Source: Candidatus Ozemobacteraceae bacterium (GTDB lineage: Bacteria; Muiribacteriota; Ozemobacteria; Ozemobacterales; Ozemobacteraceae). Taken from it: a DNA stretch of 64,000 nt. Made by a program: the position numbers and the translations under genes. The first letter of the stretch is position 1, and each line of letters starts with the position of its first letter. Of the stretch, positions 29,109 through 38,533 are shown piece after piece. The notes below the pieces were generated by a model. It ran no database searches, was not told the origin of the DNA, and saw only the letters and a list, made by a program, of their open reading frames with translations. The stretch covers positions 1,760,001 to 1,824,000 of the forward strand of contig OZ223236.1 of assembly GCA_965140445.1 (NCBI GenBank). The letters run 5' to 3'.

Positions 29109-30326
29109 TTGAAAGTTCTTATTGTAGAAGATGAAAGCATTACTAGAGAACAAATGGCTGTTCTGCTTTCTGAGTGGGGGTATGAAGTTCTTCAGGCAAC
29201 AGATGGCAAAGAAGCTTGGGAAATTTTTCAGCGTGAACCAATCAGAATAATTCTAACTGATCTATTAATGCCTGGTATGGATGGTATTGAACTTTGTAAA
29301 ATGGTTCGAAGCGCCAAAAAAGGTTTTTACACTTATATAATCGTCGTTACAGGATTATCCGATCAGGTCAATCTCTACGATGCGCTTTTTGCCGGAGCAG
29401 ATGATTTTATAATGAAACCATGGCAAAATCCGGAAGTCAGGGCAAGATTGAGGACTGGCGAACGAATTCTTCACCTTGAAGATGAGCTGCAAGATCGGAT
29501 TGAAAAATTAGAAAGCGCAAATCTAATTATTAGAACAGCAAATGAACGGATGAGAAAAGAAATTGAGTTTATGAGTAAGATTCAAAGCTCTCTTTTACCA
29601 TCAGAGTTAGCGAAGTTTGACAATTTTAACCTTGCATGGAAGCACAAGCCGAATTCAATGCTTTGTGGTGATGGTTTGAATATTTTCAGGCTGGATGAAA
29701 GTCATGTGGCTCTGTATATTTTAGATGTTTCAGGGAGTGGCCCAGCAGCGTCATTTTTACTAGCTTCTCTAAGTCGAAAAATGGTTCCAATTCCTGGGCA
29801 GCCCGGGATTTTGAAAAATCTATCAATCCATGAGCCAGGATACACTATTACTGAACCAAGATCAGTTTTAAAGAATTTAAACAGTGCTTTTCCACTGGAT
29901 TTGGAAACAAATCAGTTTTTTACCATTTTCTACGCAATTTATAACTTTAAAACAGGATCGATCAGGTATTCTACTGCAGGTCATCCACCACCGATGATTA
30001 TTAAAGGTAATGGTAAATTCTTTCAGTTAGATGGTTCTGGACATCCAATTGGATTTGTTGATAACGGAGAGTTTGAACAGTGGGATTGTGAGCTTGAGCC
30101 AGGAGATCGTTTCTATTTATTTACTGATGGAATGAGTGATTCAAGGGATGCCTCTAACGAGCCATTTGGTAGAAAAAGAATGCTTGAAATCCTTAGAGGA
30201 CAGCTTGGTAATAAACTTGAAGATAGTATCGAAGGTGTTTTTAGAGCAAGTAAAGAGTGGAGTTCTTCTGGTGACTTTTCAGATGATGCTTCAATTCTTG
30301 CAATTGAAATTTCTAAGGTTGAATAA
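29109..30326 (+). CDS. response regulator fused to SpoIIE/RsbU-type PP2C phosphatase
   Basis: LIVEDE, TDLLMPGMDG, GADDFIMKP receiver; CGD, DVSG, AGHPPP, FTDG, DDAS phosphatase motifs. Confidence 0.92.
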   Translation: MKVLIVEDESITREQMAVLLSEWGYEVLQATDGKEAWEIFQREPIRIILTDLLMPGMDGIELCKMVRSAKKGFYTYIIVVTGLSDQVNLYDALFAGADDFIMKPWQNPEVRARLRTGERILHLEDELQDRIEKLESANLIIRTANERMRKEIEFMSKIQSSLLPSELAKFDNFNLAWKHKPNSMLCGDGLNIFRLDESHVALYILDVSGSGPAASFLLASLSRKMVPIPGQPGILKNLSIHEPGYTITEPRSVLKNLNSAFPLDLETNQFFTIFYAIYNFKTGSIRYSTAGHPPPMIIKGNGKFFQLDGSGHPIGFVDNGEFEQWDCELEPGDRFYLFTDGMSDSRDASNEPFGRKRMLEILRGQLGNKLEDSIEGVFRASKEWSSSGDFSDDASILAIEISKVE

Positions 30327-30827
30327 ATGGGACATATTGAACATCAGGCGTTAGCAGAAAAGCAACTAAAGATAGGGGTGCTAACCCTTTCTGATACTAG
30401 AGATGAAAAATCAGACAAATCTGGTTCCATAATTAGAAGTCTGATGATCAGAGATGGGCATTCTATTATTAAATATGCGGTTGTAAGAGAAGACCCTGAG
30501 GTAATTCAGGAAAACCTTAAGTCATGGTTAAGCTGCGACCTGGATGCGATCATAACAAATGGTGGAACAGGATTAACGGCAAGGGATGGAACTGTAGAAG
30601 TTGCGAGAAATCTTTTTGACAAGGAATTAGATGGTTTTGGCGAACTGTTCAGGCTTCTTTCTTTTCATCAAATAGGCCCAGCGGCAATGCTAAGTCGAGC
30701 TACTGCTGGTTTGGCACATGGAAAGATTTTGATTTGTCTGCCCGGATCATCGAAAGCTGTTAGACTGGCTATTGAGAGAATTGTTTTGCCCCAGATTGCT
30801 CATATGGTATGGGAAGCAAATCGATAA
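30327..30827 (+). CDS. moaB: molybdenum cofactor biosynthesis protein MoaB/Mog
   Basis: LTLSDTR..DKSG, TNGGTGLTARD, GFGELFR, AMLSRA, CLPGS. Confidence 0.9.
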   Translation: MGHIEHQALAEKQLKIGVLTLSDTRDEKSDKSGSIIRSLMIRDGHSIIKYAVVREDPEVIQENLKSWLSCDLDAIITNGGTGLTARDGTVEVARNLFDKELDGFGELFRLLSFHQIGPAAMLSRATAGLAHGKILICLPGSSKAVRLAIERIVLPQIAHMVWEANR

Positions 30828-30838
30828 TAAAAATGAAT

Positions 30839-30877
30839 AAAAAAATAGCTACAAACAATGTTTGTAGCTATTTTTTT
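30839..30877. terminator. bidirectional intrinsic terminator
   Basis: A7-TAGCTACAAAC-AAT-GTTTGTAGCTA-T7. Confidence 0.88.
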
Positions 30878-30887
30878 GCTTTTTTTA

Positions 30888-32114
30888 TCAGGAAAACCAG
30901 CCTTTAATTGTCCCAAGGATTCCTTCGTCAGCGCCTTCTATTTTTTCACCAAGAAGCCCTTGAATAGTGCTTATAAAATCAGTTTTGTACTGAGAAGGTG
31001 AAGTTGAATCAAAGAGGGTTTTTTGTTCATTGATTAAGTCTGAGGCGTGTTTCCAATCATCATGTAAGCTGAAGTCGAATTTTCTTTTCAATGCGGCTTC
31101 AATATCTGCTTTAGGTCTGGCATACATGCTATCTTCTCTGTTTAAAATCATGCGGATTTTTTCAGATGGATACTTTAAGTTTTCCATAACCTGCAGACAT
31201 ACATGCATGCTTTTTATATGGTTCATTTCTGGAGCCATAATTAAACAGATAAGGTCTGAAACATCCAGAGCGTTAATTGTTAGATCCTGGAACAGAGAAT
31301 GAGTATCAATTATTATGACATCATACTTTTGTTTTGCTAATTTCAAAATCTTTCTGAGGTGCGTTGAATTAACCATTTCAGATTGCTCAGGCTTAGTTGG
31401 AGATGGTAATACATCGTAGCCAAAAGGATGCTTAACAACAAATTTTTCAAACTCTTCTAAGCTGCTTATATCTGCATCTATCATATCTGCAATCGTTCTT
31501 TTTGCTTTTAAGCCTAGCATGAAAGCAAGATCGCCAAACTGTAAATCCATGTCCATCAGGAGAGCAGATTTTTTGGTTAATTTCGCTATACCAGAAGCAA
31601 GGTTTGCTGCAAATACGCTTTTTCCAGATCCACCTTTTGGGCTAAAAATAGTAAAGACTTTGCCTTCTTTATTATCTTCTTTTTCAGCGCTTTGACTTTC
31701 ACTTCTGAAGCGTTTTGTCAGGGCAGACATGATTCTTAAAGCAATGAAAGAATTAATTCTTAGCATCATGTCGAAGTTTGTTTTATCAATTTCGAGAAGT
31801 ATTACGTCGGTATCGGCTATAACGGTGGCATTTCTTGGCGCGCCTTCAATTAAGGACATTTCACCAAAAAAGCAGCTTTCGTCATTGTGGGAAATCCGGC
31901 CCACTACTTTTTCTTCGCCGTTTTCTGTTTTAAGGATTTCTACTTTTCCTTCTTTTAAAAGAAAAAAGGAGTTACCCATTTCTCCCTGCTTCATAAGAGT
32001 TGATTTGGCTGGGAGCTCTCTCTCTTTTACTACTTCAGAAATTGTTTTAAGATCACTATCTTCTAGTCCCGCAAACAGGGGAATCTGTTTCAATCGATCA
32101 ATAATAGTAATCAC
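30888..32114 (-). CDS. cNMP-binding domain fused to a CpaE/TadZ (MinD/ParA-like) ATPase
   Basis: LKQIPLFAGL, QGEMG, FFGEMSLIEGAPRNATVIA phosphate-binding cassette; FSPKGGSGKSVFAANLA, DMDLQFGD, YDVIIIDT, ILNR. Confidence 0.88.
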   Translation of the reverse strand: MITIIDRLKQIPLFAGLEDSDLKTISEVVKERELPAKSTLMKQGEMGNSFFLLKEGKVEILKTENGEEKVVGRISHNDESCFFGEMSLIEGAPRNATVIADTDVILLEIDKTNFDMMLRINSFIALRIMSALTKRFRSESQSAEKEDNKEGKVFTIFSPKGGSGKSVFAANLASGIAKLTKKSALLMDMDLQFGDLAFMLGLKAKRTIADMIDADISSLEEFEKFVVKHPFGYDVLPSPTKPEQSEMVNSTHLRKILKLAKQKYDVIIIDTHSLFQDLTINALDVSDLICLIMAPEMNHIKSMHVCLQVMENLKYPSEKIRMILNREDSMYARPKADIEAALKRKFDFSLHDDWKHASDLINEQKTLFDSTSPSQYKTDFISTIQGLLGEKIEGADEGILGTIKGWFS

Positions 32115-32138
32115 TTCCTCTCATAAGGTTTAAAAATT

Positions 32139-32546
32139 TTAAGAAGATTTTTCAGGAGTTTCTTCTACGTTAGAGTTTTCTTCTTTTTCTGATTCGGGGG
32201 TATCGGTCATGCCCATAATTTTATTGTATATTTTTTCTCCAACTTCTGGGCTCAGGATTTTTTCCCAAACGGACTGCTTTTCCTTCATGGAAATAAGCTT
32301 AACTTCTTTTTCGCTGATAGCAATAAAAGCCACCGGCTCAATTGTCGCTCCGCCACCAGAGCCTCCGCCAAAACTGTCGGAGTCTTTTTTTCCTTGTCCA
32401 CCACCAGCACCAAAACCAAAGGAAACCTTAGTTACTGGGATAACTGTCCAGTTGTTGAAGGTAGTCGGTTCACCGATTACTGTTTTTGAGTTTATTGCAA
32501 CTTTCAATTCTGATAGAACTGTTTTTATTAACGCGTCAATAGCCAT
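32139..32546 (-). CDS. GerW/YtfJ family protein
   Basis: TVIGEP, VIPVTKVSFGFGAGGG, GGGSGGGATIEPVAFI. Confidence 0.88.
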   Translation of the reverse strand: MAIDALIKTVLSELKVAINSKTVIGEPTTFNNWTVIPVTKVSFGFGAGGGQGKKDSDSFGGGSGGGATIEPVAFIAISEKEVKLISMKEKQSVWEKILSPEVGEKIYNKIMGMTDTPESEKEENSNVEETPEKSS

Positions 32547-32611
32547 CTATTGTTGAACCTCCTGAGTTTCCAATCAATCTTATCAAAGAACAGAGAAAAA
32601 TTAAACTTTTA

Positions 32612-33871
32612 TTATAACTTTGTCTCTGCCTTTTGCTTTGCTCTATACCACTTAAAAAGCTGGAAGCCTTCTTTCCAAAGTTGTGGTTCCAAAATGATTC
32701 CAATTCCTGCCCAAAAGAATTTCCATGGTCTTATTTTTGCCCAGGCTCTACCTTTCACATAAATCATGGGCGAACCAAATTCAGGAACTGGAACGAATTC
32801 AAGGCCAGCTCGTGCTAGAATTCCAGACAGTATTGCCATCGAGCCTTGAAACATTCCGGTTAAATATGGCTCGTGCAGGGCATAACGACACTTTACTCCG
32901 GGGTTGATAATTGAAAAGCCAGCTTTTGACCTTTCCCAGAATCTTGTTAAAACGGGTTTTAGCCCTTTCCATTTTCCTAAACCGAATCGAATCCATTTTT
33001 TTCCTTCTGCATATTTTTTAGAAACGAGTTTTTTCAGGTTTGATAACCTTTTTCTTATAGGAATTTCCTTAGTATAGTCTGGTTGCTCTTTTTGCTTTTC
33101 CTTTTCCTTTTTGTCGGAGAGTTCTTTTTCTACCTCAGATAAGGGTCTTGGAATAATTTCTTCTTCTTCTGAATCTGCGAGGTCTTTGAGCAGGGGTTCT
33201 GCTTGCTCAATAGGCTCCACATAATTCGTTTCATCGCTTTCCAGAGAATCTTCTGCTTTGGGGGTGTGAGAATCAGATGAGTCATCTGGTTTGGATACAA
33301 CTTCGATGTCTTTAACTTCCCGTGTTTTAGTATCTTCTGTTATTGCATCTAGGTCTTTTTCTGGTTCCAATAAATCTGAAGAATCGACTTTCACTGCTTC
33401 GGTTTTTGTTTGCAAAACTTCTGGTTCGTCAATTGTGCTTTTATCAGGTTGAGAGCCTTTGGTTTTCTCATCTGGCTGAGAGTCAGGATCTGGCTCAAGT
33501 TCTGATTTAATAGAAGTCTCGCTTTGAGATTTTCCCATATCCGGGGTTGGTGTAGAGGTTTGCGTTGATTCTAAATCAGAGGGTTTTGAAACCTTTTTTG
33601 AAATTTTAGAGTTCCTCTGAATTAGTTTTTCCCAATAAAGAAATCTGACAAGGACATCCTGAGTATGTGGGGTCGCGACAACTCCAATTTTTAGAGCTTT
33701 GAAAAAGTAGTAAAGCCAGAATTCAGCTCTTTGCCCTTTTAATGAGGTTCTAAAATTAAACTTTAAATAGATTGGATGGAATAGGGAAAACAGAATTGCT
33801 ATTAATAATGAAATAGAAGCAATTAGAAAAGTATATTTCGATATTATCCAGATTGTTGTAAGAATTTCCAT
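32612..33871 (-). CDS. YtfI/DUF2953-like membrane-anchored protein with a long acidic low-complexity insert
   Basis: N-terminal TM plus PIYLKF; C-terminal EPYLTGMFQG...PVPEF...GRAWAKIRP pattern; upstream of ytfJ-like gene. Confidence 0.65.
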   Translation of the reverse strand: MEILTTIWIISKYTFLIASISLLIAILFSLFHPIYLKFNFRTSLKGQRAEFWLYYFFKALKIGVVATPHTQDVLVRFLYWEKLIQRNSKISKKVSKPSDLESTQTSTPTPDMGKSQSETSIKSELEPDPDSQPDEKTKGSQPDKSTIDEPEVLQTKTEAVKVDSSDLLEPEKDLDAITEDTKTREVKDIEVVSKPDDSSDSHTPKAEDSLESDETNYVEPIEQAEPLLKDLADSEEEEIIPRPLSEVEKELSDKKEKEKQKEQPDYTKEIPIRKRLSNLKKLVSKKYAEGKKWIRFGLGKWKGLKPVLTRFWERSKAGFSIINPGVKCRYALHEPYLTGMFQGSMAILSGILARAGLEFVPVPEFGSPMIYVKGRAWAKIRPWKFFWAGIGIILEPQLWKEGFQLFKWYRAKQKAETKL

Positions 33872-33876
33872 TGGCT

Positions 33877-34746
33877 CTAAGGTAAGATCAGGTTTAAAGC
33901 TTTGGGTAATATACTAACATTAAATTCAAGTTCGGAAGGAAAAACTTCGCCATCAATTTGATAAGGTGCTTTATCAGAACACCTGATGCTAAACTCTTTT
34001 GCGACAACATTATAAGCTATTTCATTGTCTACACCTCGTCGCTTTGAGGCTGAGATTAGAGCTTTTAGAAGGTTGATAGTGTTCCATTTTTTGAAAAGAA
34101 CCATGTCCAGCATTCCATCATCAAATTTTGCTTTTGATGCCCAAAAAAGTTCTCCGCCATACCTTCTCATGTTGGCAATCAGACAAAAGTTGCCTTGATA
34201 GGTTTGGTTATTGGTTTCAACAGTTATAAGGGGGGGGCGGTAAGTTAAAAAGTTTTTTACCCCAGAAATTCCGTAGGCTGACTTGCCAATCAGGGCTTTA
34301 AGTCTTTTTGAAACCGTGCCTGCGCTAAGCGCATCAAAACCTATTCCCGAAACGAAAACAAATTTATTTTTATTAATTTCCCCAAGATCAATTTGTTTAA
34401 CTGCCCCCGTAAGTAGTGTTTTTGCTGCCTCTCTAAGATTGAGAGGTACTCCTAATTCTCTCGCCACCACATTGGCTGTACCGGAGGGGAGTATTCCTAC
34501 TACTGCAGAAGGGGGGAGCTTGTTTACAATTGAGTTGATAGTTCCATCGCCGCCGCAAGGAACAATTAAATTATTTGGGTCTTTTCCAAATTCAGCTGCC
34601 AGTTGGGTGGATTCTTCAAGAGAGTTAGCAGTTATTAATTCTAACTCTACTTCTTTACGTAAAAGATTTAGAGCACTGTCTAATGCTTTTGGATTCCGAC
34701 CGCGAGCTTTTGGGTTTGCAAAAACAAAAATCTTTTTTAGTGGCAT
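33877..34746 (-). CDS. diacylglycerol kinase family lipid kinase (YegS/DagK-like)
   Basis: ANPKARG, CGGDGTI, LPSGTANVVARELG, GIGFDA, YGG, DDGMLD, QIDGE. Confidence 0.92.
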   Translation of the reverse strand: MPLKKIFVFANPKARGRNPKALDSALNLLRKEVELELITANSLEESTQLAAEFGKDPNNLIVPCGGDGTINSIVNKLPPSAVVGILPSGTANVVARELGVPLNLREAAKTLLTGAVKQIDLGEINKNKFVFVSGIGFDALSAGTVSKRLKALIGKSAYGISGVKNFLTYRPPLITVETNNQTYQGNFCLIANMRRYGGELFWASKAKFDDGMLDMVLFKKWNTINLLKALISASKRRGVDNEIAYNVVAKEFSIRCSDKAPYQIDGEVFPSELEFNVSILPKALNLILP

Positions 34747-34750
34747 TTCA

Positions 34751-35587
34751 TTAAACCCTTTCTGCTACACAAGATTGAATTGTGCCTCGCAATTTGAATA
34801 GGGTGGGGGTTGAGGCATGGGAAAATCCGACAAATGTATTTTTTTTCAAAGCTAATTTTAAGAAAGCTTTTCTTGCTCTTAGTGTCTCTTGAGGATAAAG
34901 ATCAAAAGCTTCTTTCCTGTCGAGTTCAAGATGAAATTCGGTTGGGCAGATATCTCCTGGAAAAATGAAAGTATTTACAGAATCCTTGAAGATTATCATC
35001 TGGTGAGCAGCGGTATGGCCGCCAGTAACTTGCACGCGTATGCCTTTGCTAATTTCTTGTGTTCCTGAAATGAGTTTTAAGTTCCCGGTTTCTGCTAGAG
35101 GCAGAAAATCATGAAATTTATAGCTTGAACGGGAAATTTCATCTGGATTTATTGCAGTTTTCCATTCATCTCTCTGAACAATAAATCTTGCATTGGGTAG
35201 GCTGGCAAAAAGTTCTTTTGTTTCTTTGTTTAAGATAGTCGCTCCGCCAGCATGGTCATAATGCAAATGGGTAAAAATTATCTGCGAGACATCATTTTCT
35301 GAAAAGCTTTTACTTCTAAGGTTTTCAACAAGAGTTTGGTCTCTCTTGAAGGCAACCAACTCAATAAACTTATCTCTAAGTTTATTGCCCATTCCTGTGT
35401 CAATAAGCGTGACAGCATCCTCCGAAACAATTAAAAAATAGTTTATGGCAACTCTTACTCTATTTTTTTCGTCAGCAGTATAGCAATTCAGCCAATCTGT
35501 TTTAGGTGTTCCGCCAAAAAGTGCTCCACCATCTACCAGATAGGTTCCATCCTGAAAAACATGAACTTCTGCTTTTTTATCAATCAC
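34751..35587 (-). CDS. MBL-fold metallohydrolase (YtnP-like)
   Basis: DGGALFG, IDTGMG, THLHYDHAGG, GGHTAAH, GDICP. Confidence 0.88.
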   Translation of the reverse strand: MIDKKAEVHVFQDGTYLVDGGALFGGTPKTDWLNCYTADEKNRVRVAINYFLIVSEDAVTLIDTGMGNKLRDKFIELVAFKRDQTLVENLRSKSFSENDVSQIIFTHLHYDHAGGATILNKETKELFASLPNARFIVQRDEWKTAINPDEISRSSYKFHDFLPLAETGNLKLISGTQEISKGIRVQVTGGHTAAHQMIIFKDSVNTFIFPGDICPTEFHLELDRKEAFDLYPQETLRARKAFLKLALKKNTFVGFSHASTPTLFKLRGTIQSCVAERV

Positions 35588-35621
35588 GACAATTAATTCC
35601 TATTATTGTGAAGGCTACTTT

Positions 35622-36677
35622 CTAATATTCTAATTCAGAATTTGAAAATGTTGCGATAGTTTGAGATGCAATGTTGGGTGCTGTTGTGAAAAGAGCTTCA
35701 CCTGTTTCTTCAAATCGGAACGAAACATTCAAGGGACCTATTGCATAAGTATCTTCGGGAACTACAGTAACAAGTATTATTTCTCTATTGAGGCCCTTTA
35801 TTCTATTTACCATATCATAGAAGGACAGCATTGAGTCAGAAGACAGATCCCCAAATCTTCCTGTGAGGGGGTTAGCAATCATGCCCAGTTTTACAACTTC
35901 ATGACTGATTTCATCCATAAATTCCTTGAGAATTCTGGCAATTTCTCCTCTGGTTTTTTTCCCGTCAATCTCCAGGGAAGCGATTTCCTGATTTTTTTTG
36001 AAAATAAGGTTGTTTGGCAGGATTAAAAATCTAACGTTTCCGAGATGTTCTCCGGCGTTTATATTTTCAGCTGCAACCGCGCCAACCACAAGATCTTGAG
36101 CTGAACTGGCAATGTATTCGGCCATTTTGGCCAATTGGCCTTTATTTTCAGTGAAGAACGGGATTTCATCTTGAACCTTAACACCTTTTTTTCTTGCTTT
36201 ATCGGTTAAAGAAATAATAAGGTCTGTGAGTTCTTTCATAACTTCTTTTGCTTTTTGTTTGGTAGAAATAACTTTTGCGGCAAGAGGTTCGTCTTTTCTG
36301 AAAACGACGCTTTCGTTTTCCTTAATTTTGACAATGCCTTTTAATCTTTCAACGTCGTCCATCAAGTTTTTTCTTTCCTTGATTAAGAGAGCTTTTTCAG
36401 CTTTCAGAATTGAAGTTTCGTTTTGAAGCCTTTCCTGCTCTTTTTTTAGTTTATCTACAGAGAATAAGGCTATTTTTACATCTTCAGAGAGCATGGCGGC
36501 CGTGAAAAGGGTTAAAAGTGTAATTGAGATCCCGGTGGAAATAGCTACAACAAGCGCTGTTACTCTTGGTCTAAGCCCTAAAACTGTAAGGCGACGCTTT
36601 CCGACATATGTGCCTAGAGCGTCTCCAAGATAAGCTATTACGCCACTTACAATTACTAATACGAGTATTGGCTTCAC
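35622..36677 (-). CDS. DUF3084 family membrane/coiled-coil protein
   Basis: GVIAYLGDALGTYVGKRRLTVLGLRPRVTA signature; directly after lptB. Confidence 0.88.
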   Translation of the reverse strand: MKPILVLVIVSGVIAYLGDALGTYVGKRRLTVLGLRPRVTALVVAISTGISITLLTLFTAAMLSEDVKIALFSVDKLKKEQERLQNETSILKAEKALLIKERKNLMDDVERLKGIVKIKENESVVFRKDEPLAAKVISTKQKAKEVMKELTDLIISLTDKARKKGVKVQDEIPFFTENKGQLAKMAEYIASSAQDLVVGAVAAENINAGEHLGNVRFLILPNNLIFKKNQEIASLEIDGKKTRGEIARILKEFMDEISHEVVKLGMIANPLTGRFGDLSSDSMLSFYDMVNRIKGLNREIILVTVVPEDTYAIGPLNVSFRFEETGEALFTTAPNIASQTIATFSNSELEY

Positions 36678-37477
36678 GCTTCTAACTTCTCGATCTGGTC
36701 GAGTTGGAAGCGCTCACCAAGATAAAATTTTCTAGCTGTTTCATCCTGAGCAACTTGCTCCGCAGTTCCTGAAACTAGAATTTTCCCCAAGTTCATAATA
36801 TAAGCTCTATCAACTATCGCCAGCGTTTCGCGAACATTATGATCTGTTATAAGTAGACCAAGTCCTTTTTTTTGCAGTGTAAGTACAATACTTTGGATAT
36901 CCTGGACTGCTATAGGGTCAACCCCTGCAAATGGCTCATCAAGTAATATAAAGCTTGGTTCTGCAGCCAATGCACGGGCTATTTCAACTCGTCTTCTTTC
37001 TCCGCCAGAAAGAGAGTAGCCGGTGCTGTCAACTATTCTATGAATATCAAGATCGTCAATTAATTTATCAAAACGCTCTTTTTTTTCACTTTCAGGTATT
37101 GTCAGTCCTTCTAAAATAAGCCAGATATTTTCTCGGACGGTAAGTTTTCTGAACACGCTGGCTTCCTGAGGAAGATAGCCAATACCCATTCTAGCTCTCT
37201 GATACATTGCTTTGTGGGTGATTTCTGTTTGATTAAAACGAACTACGCCTTCGTCAGGTTTTACCAATCCCACGACCATGTAAAAGGTAGTTGTTTTTCC
37301 AGCTCCATTTGGTCCAAGGAGGCCTACTACCTCTCCTTTTTTTATGTTCAGTGAAACATGGTTTACAACCGTTCTTTTATTGTAGGATTTGCATACCGAA
37401 TCGACGGTAATCTCATCAACCGCCACTTGCTCGGTCGCATCATTGGCAAGGTTTGGATTTTCTTTTTCCTGGTTCAT
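36674..37477 (-). CDS. lptB: LPS export ABC transporter ATPase
   Basis: GLLGPNGAGKTTTFY, GYLPQEASVFRKL, LSGGERRRVEIARAL, LDEPFAGVDP, TDHNVRETL, YLGERF. Confidence 0.97.
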   Translation of the reverse strand: MNQEKENPNLANDATEQVAVDEITVDSVCKSYNKRTVVNHVSLNIKKGEVVGLLGPNGAGKTTTFYMVVGLVKPDEGVVRFNQTEITHKAMYQRARMGIGYLPQEASVFRKLTVRENIWLILEGLTIPESEKKERFDKLIDDLDIHRIVDSTGYSLSGGERRRVEIARALAAEPSFILLDEPFAGVDPIAVQDIQSIVLTLQKKGLGLLITDHNVRETLAIVDRAYIMNLGKILVSGTAEQVAQDETARKFYLGERFQLDQIEKLEA

Positions 37478-37483
37478 TTTTTA

Positions 37484-38533
37484 TTAGTCGCCTTCTGCTA
37501 CTGCATCAATTGAACTGCCTTCTGATGGGATCTTCAGATACTCTCCCAGTGGCACGCCTTCTGGAACTTCTTCCATTTCAGAGCTTGAAGTTGATTTTGA
37601 AGATTCATCTTTTCCTTCAGAATCTTTTTTCTTTTTCTTCTTTTTCTTACTTTTTTTGTCTTTACTTTTCTTTTTCCCGGTGGCCCCTCCGCTTTTGGGG
37701 TATACAGTTGCATGAACGTCACCAACGGCAATGGTTCGGTCTTCTTCTGGGTAATAAATGATTTTATTGGCATACAGCTCAGAAACTTGTTCAGAGTTGC
37801 TGCCTTTCTCTTTAGAAGTTTGGTATGCGTGAGCATGCCCCACAATAATCATTCTATTTTCCTGATTCAGGTATATTGTTTTATCTCCCGTTGCTCTTAG
37901 GGTTTCAGTAAGGATTTCAACCTGATTTCTTGCGATAGCTTTGTCTTCTTCTGAAAATAGTTCCAGTGATTCGCATTTTAAAACAGAAGTAGGAGACTCT
38001 TCATTTTCTTTAGCTTCCTCTTCGGTTTCTCCTTCGCGGTAAGGGACTTCAATTACAACAACCTCGCCCTTGGCGAGAAAGCGGTTTTCTTTATTAAATC
38101 CTTCAACTTCGTTGCAGGTTAATATTACTCTGCTTTTCTTAAGAACCTTTTCTCCGTCTTCATCGGTACCTTCTCTTTCAACTATTCTTACGAGCTTCGG
38201 GTTCCCTCTGGCTAAGATTCGATCTTCTTTAACATAGGCTTCAAGATAGTCTGAAGTAAGCACAGATCCTGGCTGAACAACCTTAACATTATCGATTGCC
38301 TTAACTATTTCAAGGTCTCTATCGTAGATACCTCTATCTGCAGTTAAGACTGAGTCTTTTTGCACGGCTTTTAATCCGCCTCTGGCAACATAGACGCTAT
38401 TATGGAAAGTCATAAGTCTACTTGTAATTTCCATATCGCCAGCGGTTATTGTTGTTAAAGCATAAGCAACTCCAGTAATTGCCAGGATGAACACTATTAA
38501 TGCAATAGCATTTATCGCTTTTTTAATCATGCG
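37484..38533 (-). CDS. lptA: long LptA/OstA-like beta-jellyroll protein
   Basis: Signal peptide, ITAGDME, repeated LTAD/LTSD..A.GN/G.V strands; between lptC and lptB; exact start uncertain. Confidence 0.75.
   Translation of the reverse strand, partial: RMIKKAINAIALIVFILAITGVAYALTTITAGDMEITSRLMTFHNSVYVARGGLKAVQKDSVLTADRGIYDRDLEIVKAIDNVKVVQPGSVLTSDYLEAYVKEDRILARGNPKLVRIVEREGTDEDGEKVLKKSRVILTCNEVEGFNKENRFLAKGEVVVIEVPYREGETEEEAKENEESPTSVLKCESLELFSEEDKAIARNQVEILTETLRATGDKTIYLNQENRMIIVGHAHAYQTSKEKGSNSEQVSELYANKIIYYPEEDRTIAVGDVHATVYPKSGGATGKKKSKDKKSKKKKKKKKDSEGKDESSKSTSSSEMEEVPEGVPLGEYLKIPSEGSSIDAVAEGD

Noticed and set aside
37620..37680. Long T-rich tract as a possible phase-variation or frameshift site
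   Set aside because: It encodes the in-frame poly-Lys tail of LptA; runs are interrupted and the frame is intact
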